This document shows, one piece after another, positions 24,402 to 36,745 of a stretch of 64,000 nt of DNA. Where the stretch lies: positions 134,451,292 through 134,515,291 of the forward strand of contig NC_068981.1 in NCBI RefSeq assembly GCF_001194135.2, in the 5' to 3' direction. The DNA is from Octopus bimaculoides (lineage: Eukaryota). The first letter of the stretch is position 1, and every line of letters begins with the position of its first letter. The notes beneath the pieces are model-generated. The model made no database searches. It was not told where the DNA came from and worked only from the letters and a program-made list of their open reading frames with translations. The position numbers and the translations under genes were made by a program.

Positions 24402-26628
24402 GTAAGTGAGCACTATTATACAAAGAGATAATTAGACGTAAAATATAACAATTATTAGAAATGGGAATCAAATGTGAAAATATTATCATGTGGCTAGCAG
24501 AAAACCACTCGGAGGGCGGTCTTTCTGCTAATCCTAACGTCTATTTTAAGAGATGCCAATGTAGCCATTGACAAAAATTAAAGAGAACATTCCTTAAAAC
24601 ATTAATTATACTTTAAATCCATAGCAGTTTTATTTTTGTTTTTTCTAATATGGAAATATCTTAAACTTCTCAGATGATTTTTATTAGTTTTGTTTGCATT
24701 GTTCATATTTCTTTATTTGTATTTTTTGCTTTGGTTTTAAAACTTGGCTGGAAAAATGGGTTGGCTAAAAATACCCTTGAGGTATGAAGCAACTAACAGC
24801 AGATGATTCTCTACAACTTACAATGGCTGTTAACTGGACTTCTTTGGTCTTCATTTCGTGGAGGCCTCTTTTACAAGCAGTCATTTTAAATTCAAAGCAT
24901 TTTAATTTTCTTGCAACAGATGAAGCAGAAAATCTATTTCTAGAGATTTTTAGATTAAATTTTGAAAATATTAACTGAAAAAGATCTTAAGAAATATTTC
25001 ACATTACCCTTTAAATATAGCATTTTAAGAATATTTTCAATGTCATCAGTTGAGAATATATTCTTCCTCAGGTTACCTAGATACATTTTGGGGGTTATTT
25101 TTTGTTTTTTATATTTTGTAAAATAGAAATTTGATTATCATAAAATATATCTAAGTAAAAATCATAAAATTTATTTCTAAATTACTATTGATTTTAAGAT
25201 TATCTCAATATGAATCTTAAATGTTCTTTTTGTTTTATATTTGAATGGATTGTATATAGGTCAGATTTTTTTAGTACAGATCATGTGACTTGTTTACTCT
25301 TATAATCAAAACACTGTATACAGTGTTTTGATAATGTCTGCTTTCCATACTGGCATGGGTTGGATGGATCATTATGGTCAGTCAACATGCCTTCAGAAGT
25401 ACTGCTCACCTAGATGGGCCATGAAACCTCATCTCACTCACATTTAATTTTTTATGAGGTTTCTACAGTCTGATGCCCTTCTTAACACCAACCACTTTAC
25501 AAAGTCTATTGGGTAATTTTTTTTCATAGCACCAGCACTAGAGAGGTGTTATGTCCTCAACAAAACTAAAAAGCTCTCAACACCCTCATGCTTTATAGGG
25601 AGTTCTAAGTGTATTTTTCACGACACAACATTAAAGAGATAGCCACGTCCTCAATGCATCTAAAATAAAAGTACTGTGTACAGAAACAAGTTGTCACCAT
25701 CATCATCACCATCATTGATTTCTCAACCCCTTGTCTCTGCCACTCTCTTCACAGTGAGAGTTACGAGTGATAGAGGCTTGACATATGTGTGTATCTATAA
25801 TTATACATATATACTGTAGTTAAATTTTTCATGTTAATTTAATTCCTCTCTTGAGACGAGATGATTTTATAAAATTCTAACAGTGATTATTAGTGTACTT
25901 CAGTTATACTTATCTGGCAGGATAATGTAGTCAAAGCAGGTAAACTAAAAGTCTAGTCTATCATTATACAAATGGTTAATAGCAGTAGAGTGGCAGAATT
26001 ATTAGAGTGCCAGATGAAGTACCTTGTGGTATTTAGTTGTGGTCCTTATTCTATGTTCAAATCCAGCTCAGGTAATTTTTGCCTTTCATTCGTCTAGAGA
26101 TGATAATATAAAGTTCCAAGTTTTTCACAAAACCTTGGTAGAATCCACTTCTATTAGCAAGGAATCAAAAGACCTTAAAACAATGATAATATATACTATT
26201 CTTTGTTTCTTTCTTGCCACCACCCCCACCCCACCTCTCTCATTATTCATACTTATAACATAATTTCTTCTGTCATGGCCCAAACGATTTATAACTGACT
26301 TTTACTTCTTAGTAAATATATATACTTGAAAAAAAGTTTACTTTGAATTCAGATACTTTAGTATACTATAACTGATAATGAAAAAGTTGGTTACAACACT
26401 TGAATGAGAAGATAGATATTAAATAAATTGTTGATTTCTTTTTGGGAAAGCTCCTTTAATATTGAAATTAATTGATTCATCTTTAGCTATCACATCTAAA
26501 TCACTTATGACCTACACTTAGTGACTCATTCATTCACCTATCATTATATCAATTGGTTTAAAAAAAAGAAATTTATTCAGTTACAATATTTCAAGGAGAA
26601 AGCTTAGTGGTTTAATGGTATAGTGCTG

Positions 26629-26696
<68 letters not shown>

Positions 26697-27461
26697 TTAA
26701 CATTCATTGTCCATGCTGGCATGGGTTGGATGGTTTGACCAGGGCTAGCAAGCTGGAAGGCTCCTACTTCGAAATGTTTTGTTGCCTTTTCTGTATTTCC
26801 TTTAAATATATTTTTTCCAGGCAATAATTTATTGAAGTCAATTTTATTTTTCGCATGAACATTAACTCTGCTGGAGACTTTCCTGAACTGGTATTCAGAT
26901 TGGGTGCTACTCCATATACCTTGAAGAATTTCATCAGTACTTCATCATTTCCTGTATCATTCCTTGCTTTTTTTAACACTCACTTGAACATATCAACGAA
27001 TCTTTCTATCTGCCCGTTTCACCTCGGATGGTAGTGTGGGGTAAAAATATGCTTTATTGCATGTATTTTGCAGAAATTTTTGAATTCACTACCTGTAAGT
27101 TGTATTCCATTATCTGATACCAATGTGTCTAGCACACCGTATTGGGCAAATAATTCATACAGGAACTTTATTGTTGTCTTTGTGGTTAGTTTATTGCACC
27201 TGCATACCTCTGGCTACTTTGTACCACTATCAACAACAATTAGATAGTATGCACCATTTCACTGGTCCAGCATAGTCAATATGTACCCTGGGCCACAACC
27301 TATCCATCTCAGGCCATGATTCGTATTTCAGTGGTGGTGCTTTGGCTGCTAGCGTACAACCTCTACATGCTTTTACACAATTTTTAATGTCCCAGTCCAT
27401 TGTTGGCCAATATACATAGCTCCTTTCATTCTCAACATTCCCAGATGCAATACTCGTTTCT

Positions 27462-27695
27462 TATTTCTTTATTGCCCAAAAGGAGCTAAATATAGAGGGG
27501 ACAAACAAGGACAAAGGGATTAAGTTGATAAGATCGACCCCAGTGTGTAACTGGTACTTAATTTATCGACCCCGAAAGGACGAAAGGCAAAGTCGACCTC
27601 GGCGGAATTTGAACTCAGAACGTAACGGCAGACGAAATACCGCTAAGCATTTCGCCCAGCATGCTAACGATTCTGCCAGCTCGCCACCTTAGTTT
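27462..27695 (-). mobile_element. Young SINE family B inserted in the gypsy integrase region, with 9-bp TSD
   Basis: CTCGTTTCT at 27453-27461 and 27696-27704. Removing the insert restores ...VPTALQKRVLHLGM. CpGs are intact. Confidence 0.9.
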
Positions 27696-29086
27696 CTCGT
27701 TTCTGTAGTGCAGTTGGTACTGCCACTGTTTTCACATACATTAAAACATTGTCACATAGTGAAAAATTATGAATTTGTATTTTTATTTTGCTTATTTTTC
27801 AACATTTGTTTCATTCTTGTAACCCTCTGCGGATTTCATTTTTATATCATGTGCTGCCACTGACAGTTCATGAAAAACATTACACATAACGTTTTTAATT
27901 ACTCTTTTCTTCAATTCACCTGTTGAGTTCTTTTCACTGGTGGAGCAGCCATTTAATTTTTTACAGTACCGGCTTAATGGGAGATCCCATTTCTTCCACA
28001 TGTCAATGTTAATGATTGAAATGTCACTACCAGTATCCAGTTGTAATTTAATATTTACTCCGTTTACTTTTATGTGTACAAATTTCCTTATTTGGGAGTC
28101 AATTTTACTTGCTGCTGAGAGCCCTTTAGAATTTTTTACATTTGACCTTCATAATTTTGTTCTGCAGTAAGAATTTTTGAATACTGTAACATTTTTAGCT
28201 TTTAAAAGGACTATCTTTTCCGAAATGTAGGCCTCCACATCTGTAAGATGGATTAGGACCTAGCAATTTTCTTTGGTTATACTTTCTTGATCGACATATC
28301 TGTATTTTTGCAAAATCCTTTTCTTGAATTTTTCTTACATTGTGTTTCAGTTTTACCATCCCTTGACACTCTTCTGCAACAGTCTGCAGGATTAAATTTT
28401 GGTTTGTTAGTTCAAGTTTTGAAAGAATTCTTACTTGTATTTCTGTATCTTCATTTGTTGTAAGGTCTCGTACAAAAGTGAGGCACTTAAACATCTCAGG
28501 AATTAGTTTCTTCTGTTTAAAACTTTCACACAAACTGTTCCTGCATATGTAATAAAGTCACCATCCTCTTTTTTAGTTAAATTTTAACACTCCATTCAAG
28601 TGTTAAATAGAAAAGCTTTATCACCGAACATGTTAGACAATAATTTCATTGTTTCCTGAAAACAAATTTCACTGGACTGTTTGGGCAATATGAAATTACA
28701 GTATCGTTCATGCTCAGACAGAGCTAATTTACGTAATAATAACCTTACTTTTTCTTCATCCAGCCATGTCTTGAAATCTTCCTTTAAAATCTCTTCATAC
28801 CTCAGTAGTATGCAAAAGTTATATTCTCCTCTGGGTTAAAACTGAATTCTATTATGGAGCTTGATACACCATCTGGCAAAAATAAACTTACCGCATTTTC
28901 AGACACCTTTGCATATAACTCCAATAATTGTTGTTATTGTAGTTGTTGCTGTACTAGTTGCTTCTGCAACTCCTGTTATTGTTCTTGTTGCTTTTGCTAC
29001 TGTATTATAGAAGCTAATCGGTCTTCCATAATTTAGCAAGTTGTATCATGAACAAATTGTTAAATAACCTATGTGAGCTTCGGAAC

Positions 29087-29097
29087 CCTCATCACCA
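29087..29097 (-). promoter_or_regulatory. Putative primer-binding site of the gypsy element
   Basis: TGGTGATGAGG (a CpG-decayed TGGCGACGAGG type) lies 2 nt after the LTR-like end TACAACA. The candidate LTR 29100-29414 has TGTTGT...ACAACA termini. Confidence 0.55.
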
Positions 29098-31659
29098 AAT
29101 GTTGTATCCTCCATCTCCATCTCCAAATGTCATGGTACCATCACGATATTGTGATGGATGGTTTAGATACATTGTAACCAGTGTTGTAACAGTAAACAAG
29201 ATAATGATGCAGCTGTAATAACAACATAACGATCCAACAATCTCTTCACGGACCAACAATCAATATTCCAAATGAACTAATCAACCAACACCTTCTGACT
29301 TCATTGCAAACTCAACTCAAACTAACACACAAATTTTACTCCAACCGTTACTATTTACAATTGCCCGGTCCGGTCTATTTCTCACAAGGAGGTGTCATGA
29401 CTCTCATCACAACACTTATACACCATGGTAACCAGGTAAGGCTCTGGCCTTATGAGTCCTAGGGATCACAACAAACCTAAATGGGTTTCATGATGTTAAG
29501 CTCTCCATATAAATCTTGGCATTTCATTACATGCAAACTAAAAATATAAATCGGTGTGCTGATTTTGTCAGTTGCTTTTTAGCATTCACTTTGTTTTAAC
29601 CCTTTGATGCCATACTTCTAATGAAATACACAGCAGTTGTTTCAATTAATTTTGAAAACAATGAAACATTTAGTAAAATAACTTTGCCATTATTAGAATG
29701 GCAGAAATGTAAGCACATCAGGTGAAATACTGAGCAGTATTTTGTCTGTCTTGATGTTCTAAGTTCAAATTCCACCAAGGTCGACTTTGCTTTTCATCCT
29801 TTCATGGTTGATAAATTAAGTACCAGTTGCGTACTGGTTTGATCTAATCAACCAAAAATTCTGGGCCCTGTGCCTAGAGTAGAAAAGATTATTAGAAATT
29901 TTAATGGCAGGTTTGGATTTAGATCAGTTTAAAGCAAGAAATTGATATCATTGAACTAGAGCAGTCTCAGACATGTTGGTGTCAAAAGATAATCAACTGC
30001 AATAACTTTGTTTCGTTGTTTTTTTTTCCCCCTTGGAATACCACTTTAATATTAATTATTTTGATATATTTTCCTTAGTTGCACCAAACTCTGAAAGGCA
30101 TTGGTGCAATCTCGAGACTATAATTTCATTAAATATATTTGCACCAAACCCTCGTATGTATTTTGACTACTTTCCATTTTACAAAATTTTCTTAAATTCT
30201 TTAAAACTCAAATTAAATAGAATTTCTCACTTATCACTGTTATTTACTTTTCCAATTATACCTTAGTGTGATATAAAAGAAAAGAAATAAGTTGTAAACA
30301 AAAGCAACAGTTAAGCTTCATTTAAAAAATCTGACATGATTAATTCTAAATAAGTTGAAAATTCAATTTATATTTTTAAATGTTTTTGTTTTTTACTTCT
30401 TTTGTTTGAGAATGAATGATGAAGCAACCACTTCCTTTCTCAGTTTCTGTCTTTTGTGGTTTTCCCTTGAAAAGAACTGGGCGGAGTCATAATAGAGGAG
30501 TCTTTAACTTTGTTTTCTCTTATTCATGACAGCTATTGATTGTATGCTTCCAGCCAAATATGTCTCTCTTTCCTCCGCACCATTACCTTTTTGTTTGTTT
30601 CTTTTTATTTTTACTCTCCTTTTCCCCTCTCTCTTCTCTTATACACATGTTGTCAATTCTCTTGGTAAAATATGCTGGATGTAGTCATGTAAGAAAAATT
30701 ACTAACTATTGTTTCTTGTCGAAAAATATATCTTAAATATAATGTATTTGGTGTTCTCTTCTGAAGAAATTACAACAGTCACTACCATTGGAAAACTGAT
30801 AATTTTTTCATTGACTTTATTATCTCTAAAGTTGTTTTCTATTTTTTAATTGACCAATATCTTTGAAATTGCATCTTTTATTTTCAGTTAGTTCAATTAC
30901 TCTTCATCATTTCTGTTATATTTTTACCAGTTTACTCTCACTATTTTGATGTAAACTTAATACCTTGAACTTGTGGTTGAGTTAGAATTTAAATTATAAG
31001 GATAGAAGCAACAGTCAGCACTTAGTTTCAAATTGATATTTTCCATTTTTAAAATTTTTTTATGTGTTTTAGTTTTCAGTGTAGCCATGCTGGAGCACTG
31101 CCTTGATGAGTTTAGTTAAAGAAATCAATGCTTGGGCTTTTTATTTTTGGTTTTGAAGGTTGGTACTTATTCTGTTGGGGTTCTTTTGCCAAATTTCTAA
31201 GTTATCAGGGGCATAAACAAACCAAATGGTGAGTAGGGAGACAAACACTAATGCAAAAATGTACACTCACACACATATAATATATATGATGGGCTTCCTT
31301 ACAGTTTCTATCTACCAAATTCACTCACAATGCATTGGCCATGCTGGGGCTCTAATAGAAGACATTTACCTAAGGTGCTGTGCAGTGGAACTGAACCTGA
31401 AACCACATGGTTACAAAGCAGACTTCTTAACCACATAACCATACCTGTGCCTATACTGGTAATATTAATCTTCAAATACAAAATGAACTTTGAGTAGAAA
31501 TATTGATTTCTGTTGGGGATATGTAGATGTAATTAGATGCTAACAACAATCTGTTACTATGAGAAAAAAATATTTATCAGTACGATATATTAACCATGTC
31601 CCAAAGTTTTCCTTCCTATTGGTTTGGCTTGGAGGAAAGGGCTGTATCCACAGCTTTCA

Positions 31660-31930
31660 GGAACCCTCTGAGACTGGTGATATCAATGTAGCTGGTATCT
31701 CATTTGAATGGCTGCCGATTGACAGCTTCAGGAAAAACATAGGTAGGAGTAGGGAATTCCAGAGGAGAAAGGACTGGTTGAAAAGTTTATGTGAGACCTA
31801 ATGGGTGGACACATTTCATGTGAGGAGAGGAAGTGATACAAACAAATCAGGTGTACCTAGTTGGAAATGATACAAGACTAGATAGCTTCAAGGTCTAGAG
31901 ACCATTGCAGTAGCAAACTCAAGAGCTGCT
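31660..31930 (-). mobile_element. Old CR1/L2-type LINE 3' remnant
   Basis: Broken - strand translation YCNGL..LKLSSL...YVFPEAVNRQPFK resembles the LWNSLP..VFP..NL..FK C-terminal motif. Confidence 0.4.
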
Positions 31931-32479
31931 TCAGTTGGCTCAGATTCTAGCTATATCAGTACTACCAAATTCACTTACAAGCCATTGGTTGGCTGGTGGA
32001 AGCTATAGTAGAGACACTTGTCCAAGGAAGGTGCCGCACAATATGGCTGAATCCAAAACCATGTGGTTGCAAACCAAACTTCTAAACCATACAGCCCCAC
32101 CTGTATAATAGAAGGTTTTGCATAGAGATATAATATATGTTTGACAGGGTGTATAGCAACAACTCGATGGTGTCCATTATTTTCTTTTCTTGCAATAATT
32201 GTAAGCATTCACCACTTACAGTTTCGAGAAATAAATAACTCTCACCATTGGTACCAATGCAATTTTCTGACTGGAATTTTTTTCTTTTGCACTTCATTTT
32301 TCTTTTCCTTTCCATTTTTTTTGTTTGTTTTTTTTTCTTCTTCCCAAGTTTCATAAGAGATTATTAACTTTCACATTCTACTTTCTTAATACTAAGTTTT
32401 TGAAAAAGATTCCCAAAAGCTTTATTTTGTGTTCCTGCTTTGGATCACTGCTCACGAAATTTGTAATTCTCTCTTTCCA

Positions 32480-32553
<74 letters not shown>

Positions 32554-33799
32554 ACTCTCTCTCCCTTTTTCCTTTTCTCCCTCTCTCCCTCTTTCTCACT
32601 CTCTATGCAGCCAGCTTTTGACATCGTATTAATATCCTTTAAATTACTCTGAATAATGTTGTCAAGTTGTGAATATATTGAGCAAATATCAAAGACTCTT
32701 GACTTGATATTACCATTTCCCCATACACTAAGTGGGACACATTATAACAGCTGTGGTAATGATTTTTATTTTGTTTGTCTTATTTATTTACATAATTTTT
32801 TATTTTCTATACAGACAGCTTTAGTTAACTGACTGGAATCCAACTCACAAATTTTCCTTTTTCAGTACCAACTGAAAGATCAATAATATGAACCACAAAC
32901 ATCACAAACAGAATTTTGGTGAATTTTCTGTTTTAATTGCACACCTCTAAGCTGTTGCATTTTACAAAATAAATAATTAAATAAATAAATAGATAAATGA
33001 ATTCAAAACACTCAGATCAGCTGTATTCTAGGGTTAATTATCAGAGAGATGAATAAAATTAATAAAATGGTAATTTAGCTCTAAAATACTGCTTTCAGTG
33101 TTTTGATGTTTGACTCCTTTCTGACATAACCAAGAAAATATTTCAAATCTGAGGACTGCAAACCTTCAACTTATGTTTTTATGGATACAGGGGTAAGCAT
33201 AGCCAGATGAACAAGAAGTTTCTTTCGCAATTAGCTGGTTTTTATGTTTGATCCTACTGCAGGGCAGGCACTTTTTGCAGGTGTCTTATACTGTAAATGT
33301 AGCCTCAGGTCGACCAATGCTTTCGGTAGAATTTGGTATATGGAAACTGTGCAGAAGCTTGTTGTGTCTGTGTGTGTGTATGTCTGTGTCTGTGCATGCA
33401 TGTATGTGTGTGTGTGTGTGTGTGTTTACCAATACTTTCACTAGAATTTGGTTGATTGGAACAGTAGATAAGCTTGTCATTGTGTGTGTTTGTCTATGTG
33501 TGTGTGTGTATGTTTGTGGGATTACCTTAGGTTTCCTGTCCATAAAGGGTTTAGCTTTATGGTGTATCATCAGATCTCAAAAACCTGTTGGCCCATGACT
33601 TATTAAAAATGGAGCCCATAAAGCTAAACCTTTTATGGATGGGAAACCTAAGGTAATCCCATAAACCAGCCTTCCCCATTTTTAATATATACTGCTCTAC
33701 ATCTTAGAGTGTGGTGTGCTTCTTCTTCCAGATTTAAGCCCTTTACAAACAATTATATATGTCCAACCCATGCCTGCATGGCAGGTAGACATTAAATGA

Positions 33800-33847
<48 letters not shown>

Positions 33848-34339
33848 AAAAAAGAAAAAAGAACTTACTAGATCTATGAACTAAAACTTATATTATCAAA
33901 AAAAAAAAAAAGTAACAAATTAAACTGATTAGAACTACCAGCGAAGTCATTCTTTTTCTTTTTTTTCAGATATATGCAACTGTACCAAACATTTCATGTA
34001 TTTTCCAATACACAGACACACACACACACACACACACACATATAGTATATATACACGAATGTGCATGTGTATACATGCATATACATATATATACACACAT
34101 GTATGTTTGCTTGTATGTATGTATTTTATGAACACATATTTATCTATATCCACATGCAGACACACATATATACATATTCATCCATGTGTTTTATTAAAAT
34201 GCAACTATGTTTCAGTTAATCTTTTTTTATTAAAGATTTTTTGTCTTAGTGATTTAGCCACCCACAATACCAGCGAACTTATTAAAAGAACTACTCATGA
34301 CATAGTCAACTTAAATGCCATTTTGATACCCACTGGTTA

Positions 34340-35400
34340 ACTTATATAAATAAGCAGATGGAGTAACCATGGACACTCACTTAGGACCTATGCTTGTGGC
34401 ATTGTATTTACAATAGAGAACAGATTATTACAAAAACACGAACACATAATATACTCCAGATATGTATATAAACATATTAGTTGTATTAGATACTTAAAAA
34501 TATGTTGGGAAACTAAAGGACATTTAGAGAACAACACTTCTAAAAATATTTGACATGCAGAACAATACCAATATGACTCCTTTTTTAGACATAGGCATAC
34601 AATTCAAGAAAAACTAATGCATTACATTCATATACACCAAAGGATCAAACAAATGCTTATATAGTGAATGCCCATACAATTATGCCAATGGTAAAATCAC
34701 TACTTAGAAAAGCATTCTTGTCCACAAGCAAAGTGCTAGAGAGAGAAATCCAGAATAAAGCAAATATTAACAATAGATATGCCAATAGACTAAGTTGACT
34801 GAACTATATATGAATACAGAAACAAATACAACAAATACATCAGAAAGTATACCCATTAAAAGCACACAAATCACACATAAAATTTGTTAATGTGAATCAA
34901 ATGCATATCATTTATCAAACAGATGAACATATACTCAAAGGCCTCATAAAATGAAGCACAAAATATATCATGTCAAACTATAAATTATAACTAATAATAT
35001 GTTACGAAAGCGCCAAAGCCAGAAAACTCCTCATCAGTAACACATCACAAGCATATAAGTCTGAGAATAAGCTATGAATAATCAACATAATCTACAAATT
35101 TGATTGGAAAAGTGGAAGTTGTAAACTTTATTACTCCAGTAGTTATACTGGACATACTAGTACAATACTCTTTATAACAAAGAGCAAACAACTTATACCA
35201 CATACTAAAAAAACAAAGATAGTAAGATACTAGTGATAGTACATACATGCTATGAAACAATTCCTCGCAAAAATAAACAAGTAATTATGGAAGTGATACT
35301 AATATCACAACACAATACAAAAATAAATGCGCAAACAACACAGCAAAAAATTAACATATGACTGCTGGCATAAAAGCCTGACAGTCAAAATTTTGGGCAG
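34340..35400 (+). mobile_element. Heavily decayed Penelope-like element (RT plus GIY-YIG remnants)
   Basis: YK*ADGVTMDTHLGPMLVALYL (compare YKQxDGVAMGSPLGP.LA), MTPFLDIGI (compare LPFLDV), SSYTGHT (compare YIG.T), followed by a CTGATGA...GAAA motif at 35465-35493. Confidence 0.6.
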
Positions 35401-35809
35401 AAAAGTCTACATGAATTTGACTTCTATAAAAGAGGCAATTCTGAAGCCAAATATGTTTCATATCCTGATGATGATACAGTGAAAGTCTAGAAACATTAAT
35501 TATGGCTCTAGGAATTGTTTTCTTCTAAACAAACTACAAAAATTATGCAGATGTAGAAAAAAATCATTAATAAAGCTGAAACAGTTGTGTTTTTCATTCA
35601 GCATATATAAAAGAAAAGGCTGGTTCTCACATGCTACCATATACACATACATTATCACACACACCCATGCTATCATACATGCACACACCCACACATTCAC
35701 ACAGATTCCAAGCTTTCTTTACACTCTCCTGTCTTAGAAAGCACTTTCTCATTGTCCATCTACTTCCAGTTGTTCCAAAATGTAACTACATGTGGATTGT
35801 TGGCAATTT

Positions 35810-36010
35810 ATTTTCCTTCTGTCTTCCTTTTCTTTTGGATTTTCCTCTGTCTCCTGTTTCTGAAGAAGAGCTTTGATTGAAACATAAAACGCCCTTTCTT
35901 TCCTTCCCTGAGTGTCTCATTAACACTATGCTGCATGTACCACATCCTTGCATTGTTGTTTTTTTCTTGTCTTTTTTTCTCCGTTTTTTTTTTTATTAAC
36001 TTTATATATG
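35810..36010 (+). repeat. Penelope pLTR-like repeat with a decayed hammerhead
   Basis: TGTTT-CTGAAGA-A-GAGC-TTT-GATT-GAAA-CATA-AAACG at 35855-35891, followed by a pyrimidine-rich tail ending in TATATAT. Confidence 0.5.
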
Positions 36011-36029
36011 TTGGTGTGTGTGTTTGTGT

Positions 36030-36330
36030 GATGATAATGGCAATCCACTTGTTACAGGGGAAGACTATCACTGACCACTAAGAACACAATGCACTTGGCT
36101 CTGCCGGTGACTAATGAGTCCAACTCTTGATAGACATACATGTCTGCAGATACTGCAGATGAAACTACCCACCATTCACTACACTAGAAATAGATTTTCA
36201 AGAATCTCGCTTAACTTCAGTATGTAAAATGTGTTTCTTCAAAAATATCCACTCCTCCTGCACTTGTTCCCTCAATTGGTAGTGATGACAATCATTGCTT
36301 GCCCAATTGATCTTCCATATCTCACATGTG
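36030..36330 (-). mobile_element. RTE LINE 3'-end remnant
   Basis: FICSICRHVCLSRVGLISHRQS (36098-36163) matches the C-terminal Cx2Cx3Cx2RxGLxSH motif of RTE ORFs. Confidence 0.7.
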
Positions 36331-36584
36331 TGTGTGTGTTTGTGCGTGCACGCACACATTCATATAAACATACATACATGTATATAAATATACAAGCATA
36401 TATAAACATACGCACACATACATTCATATAAACATACATACACGTATATATGCATGTATGCATGCATGTGTGTATGTATAATTTCAGGGCTGTACTTATT
36501 TAGCAAATGAATTGATCTGAGAGCTTGTGTTAAAACTAAAGCAGTCTCATCGTAGAAGACTCATTTTAGCCATTTAAAAGCAAA

Positions 36585-36745
36585 CAGAAACTGTTAAATT
36601 CACTTTGCATTTATTTCTTGAGGTGTCAAAATTTTTCATTGCATGACTGCAACTTGGTCCCTGACACTGCAGAACTGTGTCAGTGACCAGTCATGCAATG
36701 AAAATTCCGACACATCGAGAAAGTCGGTTTTAACAGCTTTTGTGT
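36585..36745. repeat. Palindromic hairpin element
   Basis: Perfect 17-bp IR at 36633-36649 / 36688-36704, an inner TGGTC.CTGACAC / GTGTCAG.GACCA stem, and imperfect outer extension. Confidence 0.7.

Larger units (their letters stand above)
26764..29414 (-). mobile_element. Decayed Ty3/gypsy (Mag-like) LTR retrotransposon: 5' LTR, PBS, gag, protease, integrase; RT-RNaseH missing
   Basis: Gag reads IEFSFNPEENITF...EEKVRLLLRKL...HERYCNFILPK, with a degenerate knuckle SYRCGGLHFGKDS. Protease reads LQLDTGSDISII (about 28011-28046). Integrase reads RSYVYWPTMD..C..C, RVHIDYAGP, YLIVVDS, LVSDNGIQ and NGQIERFV. Multiple stops and frameshifts. Confidence 0.9.

Noticed and set aside
24784-24978. 64-aa ORF downstream of the best exon
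   Set aside because: No recognisable motif, and its strong internal acceptor is not frame-compatible with the phase-2 donor at 24401.
25030-25075. CTGAGGA and CTGATGA motifs on the - strand
   Set aside because: Stem II is followed by CAAC rather than GAAA, and the second motif has no stem II.
32815-32920. Strong acceptors followed by a GTGAAT donor-like site
   Set aside because: Stops in all frames from either acceptor and a weak donor, so it cannot be supported as coding.
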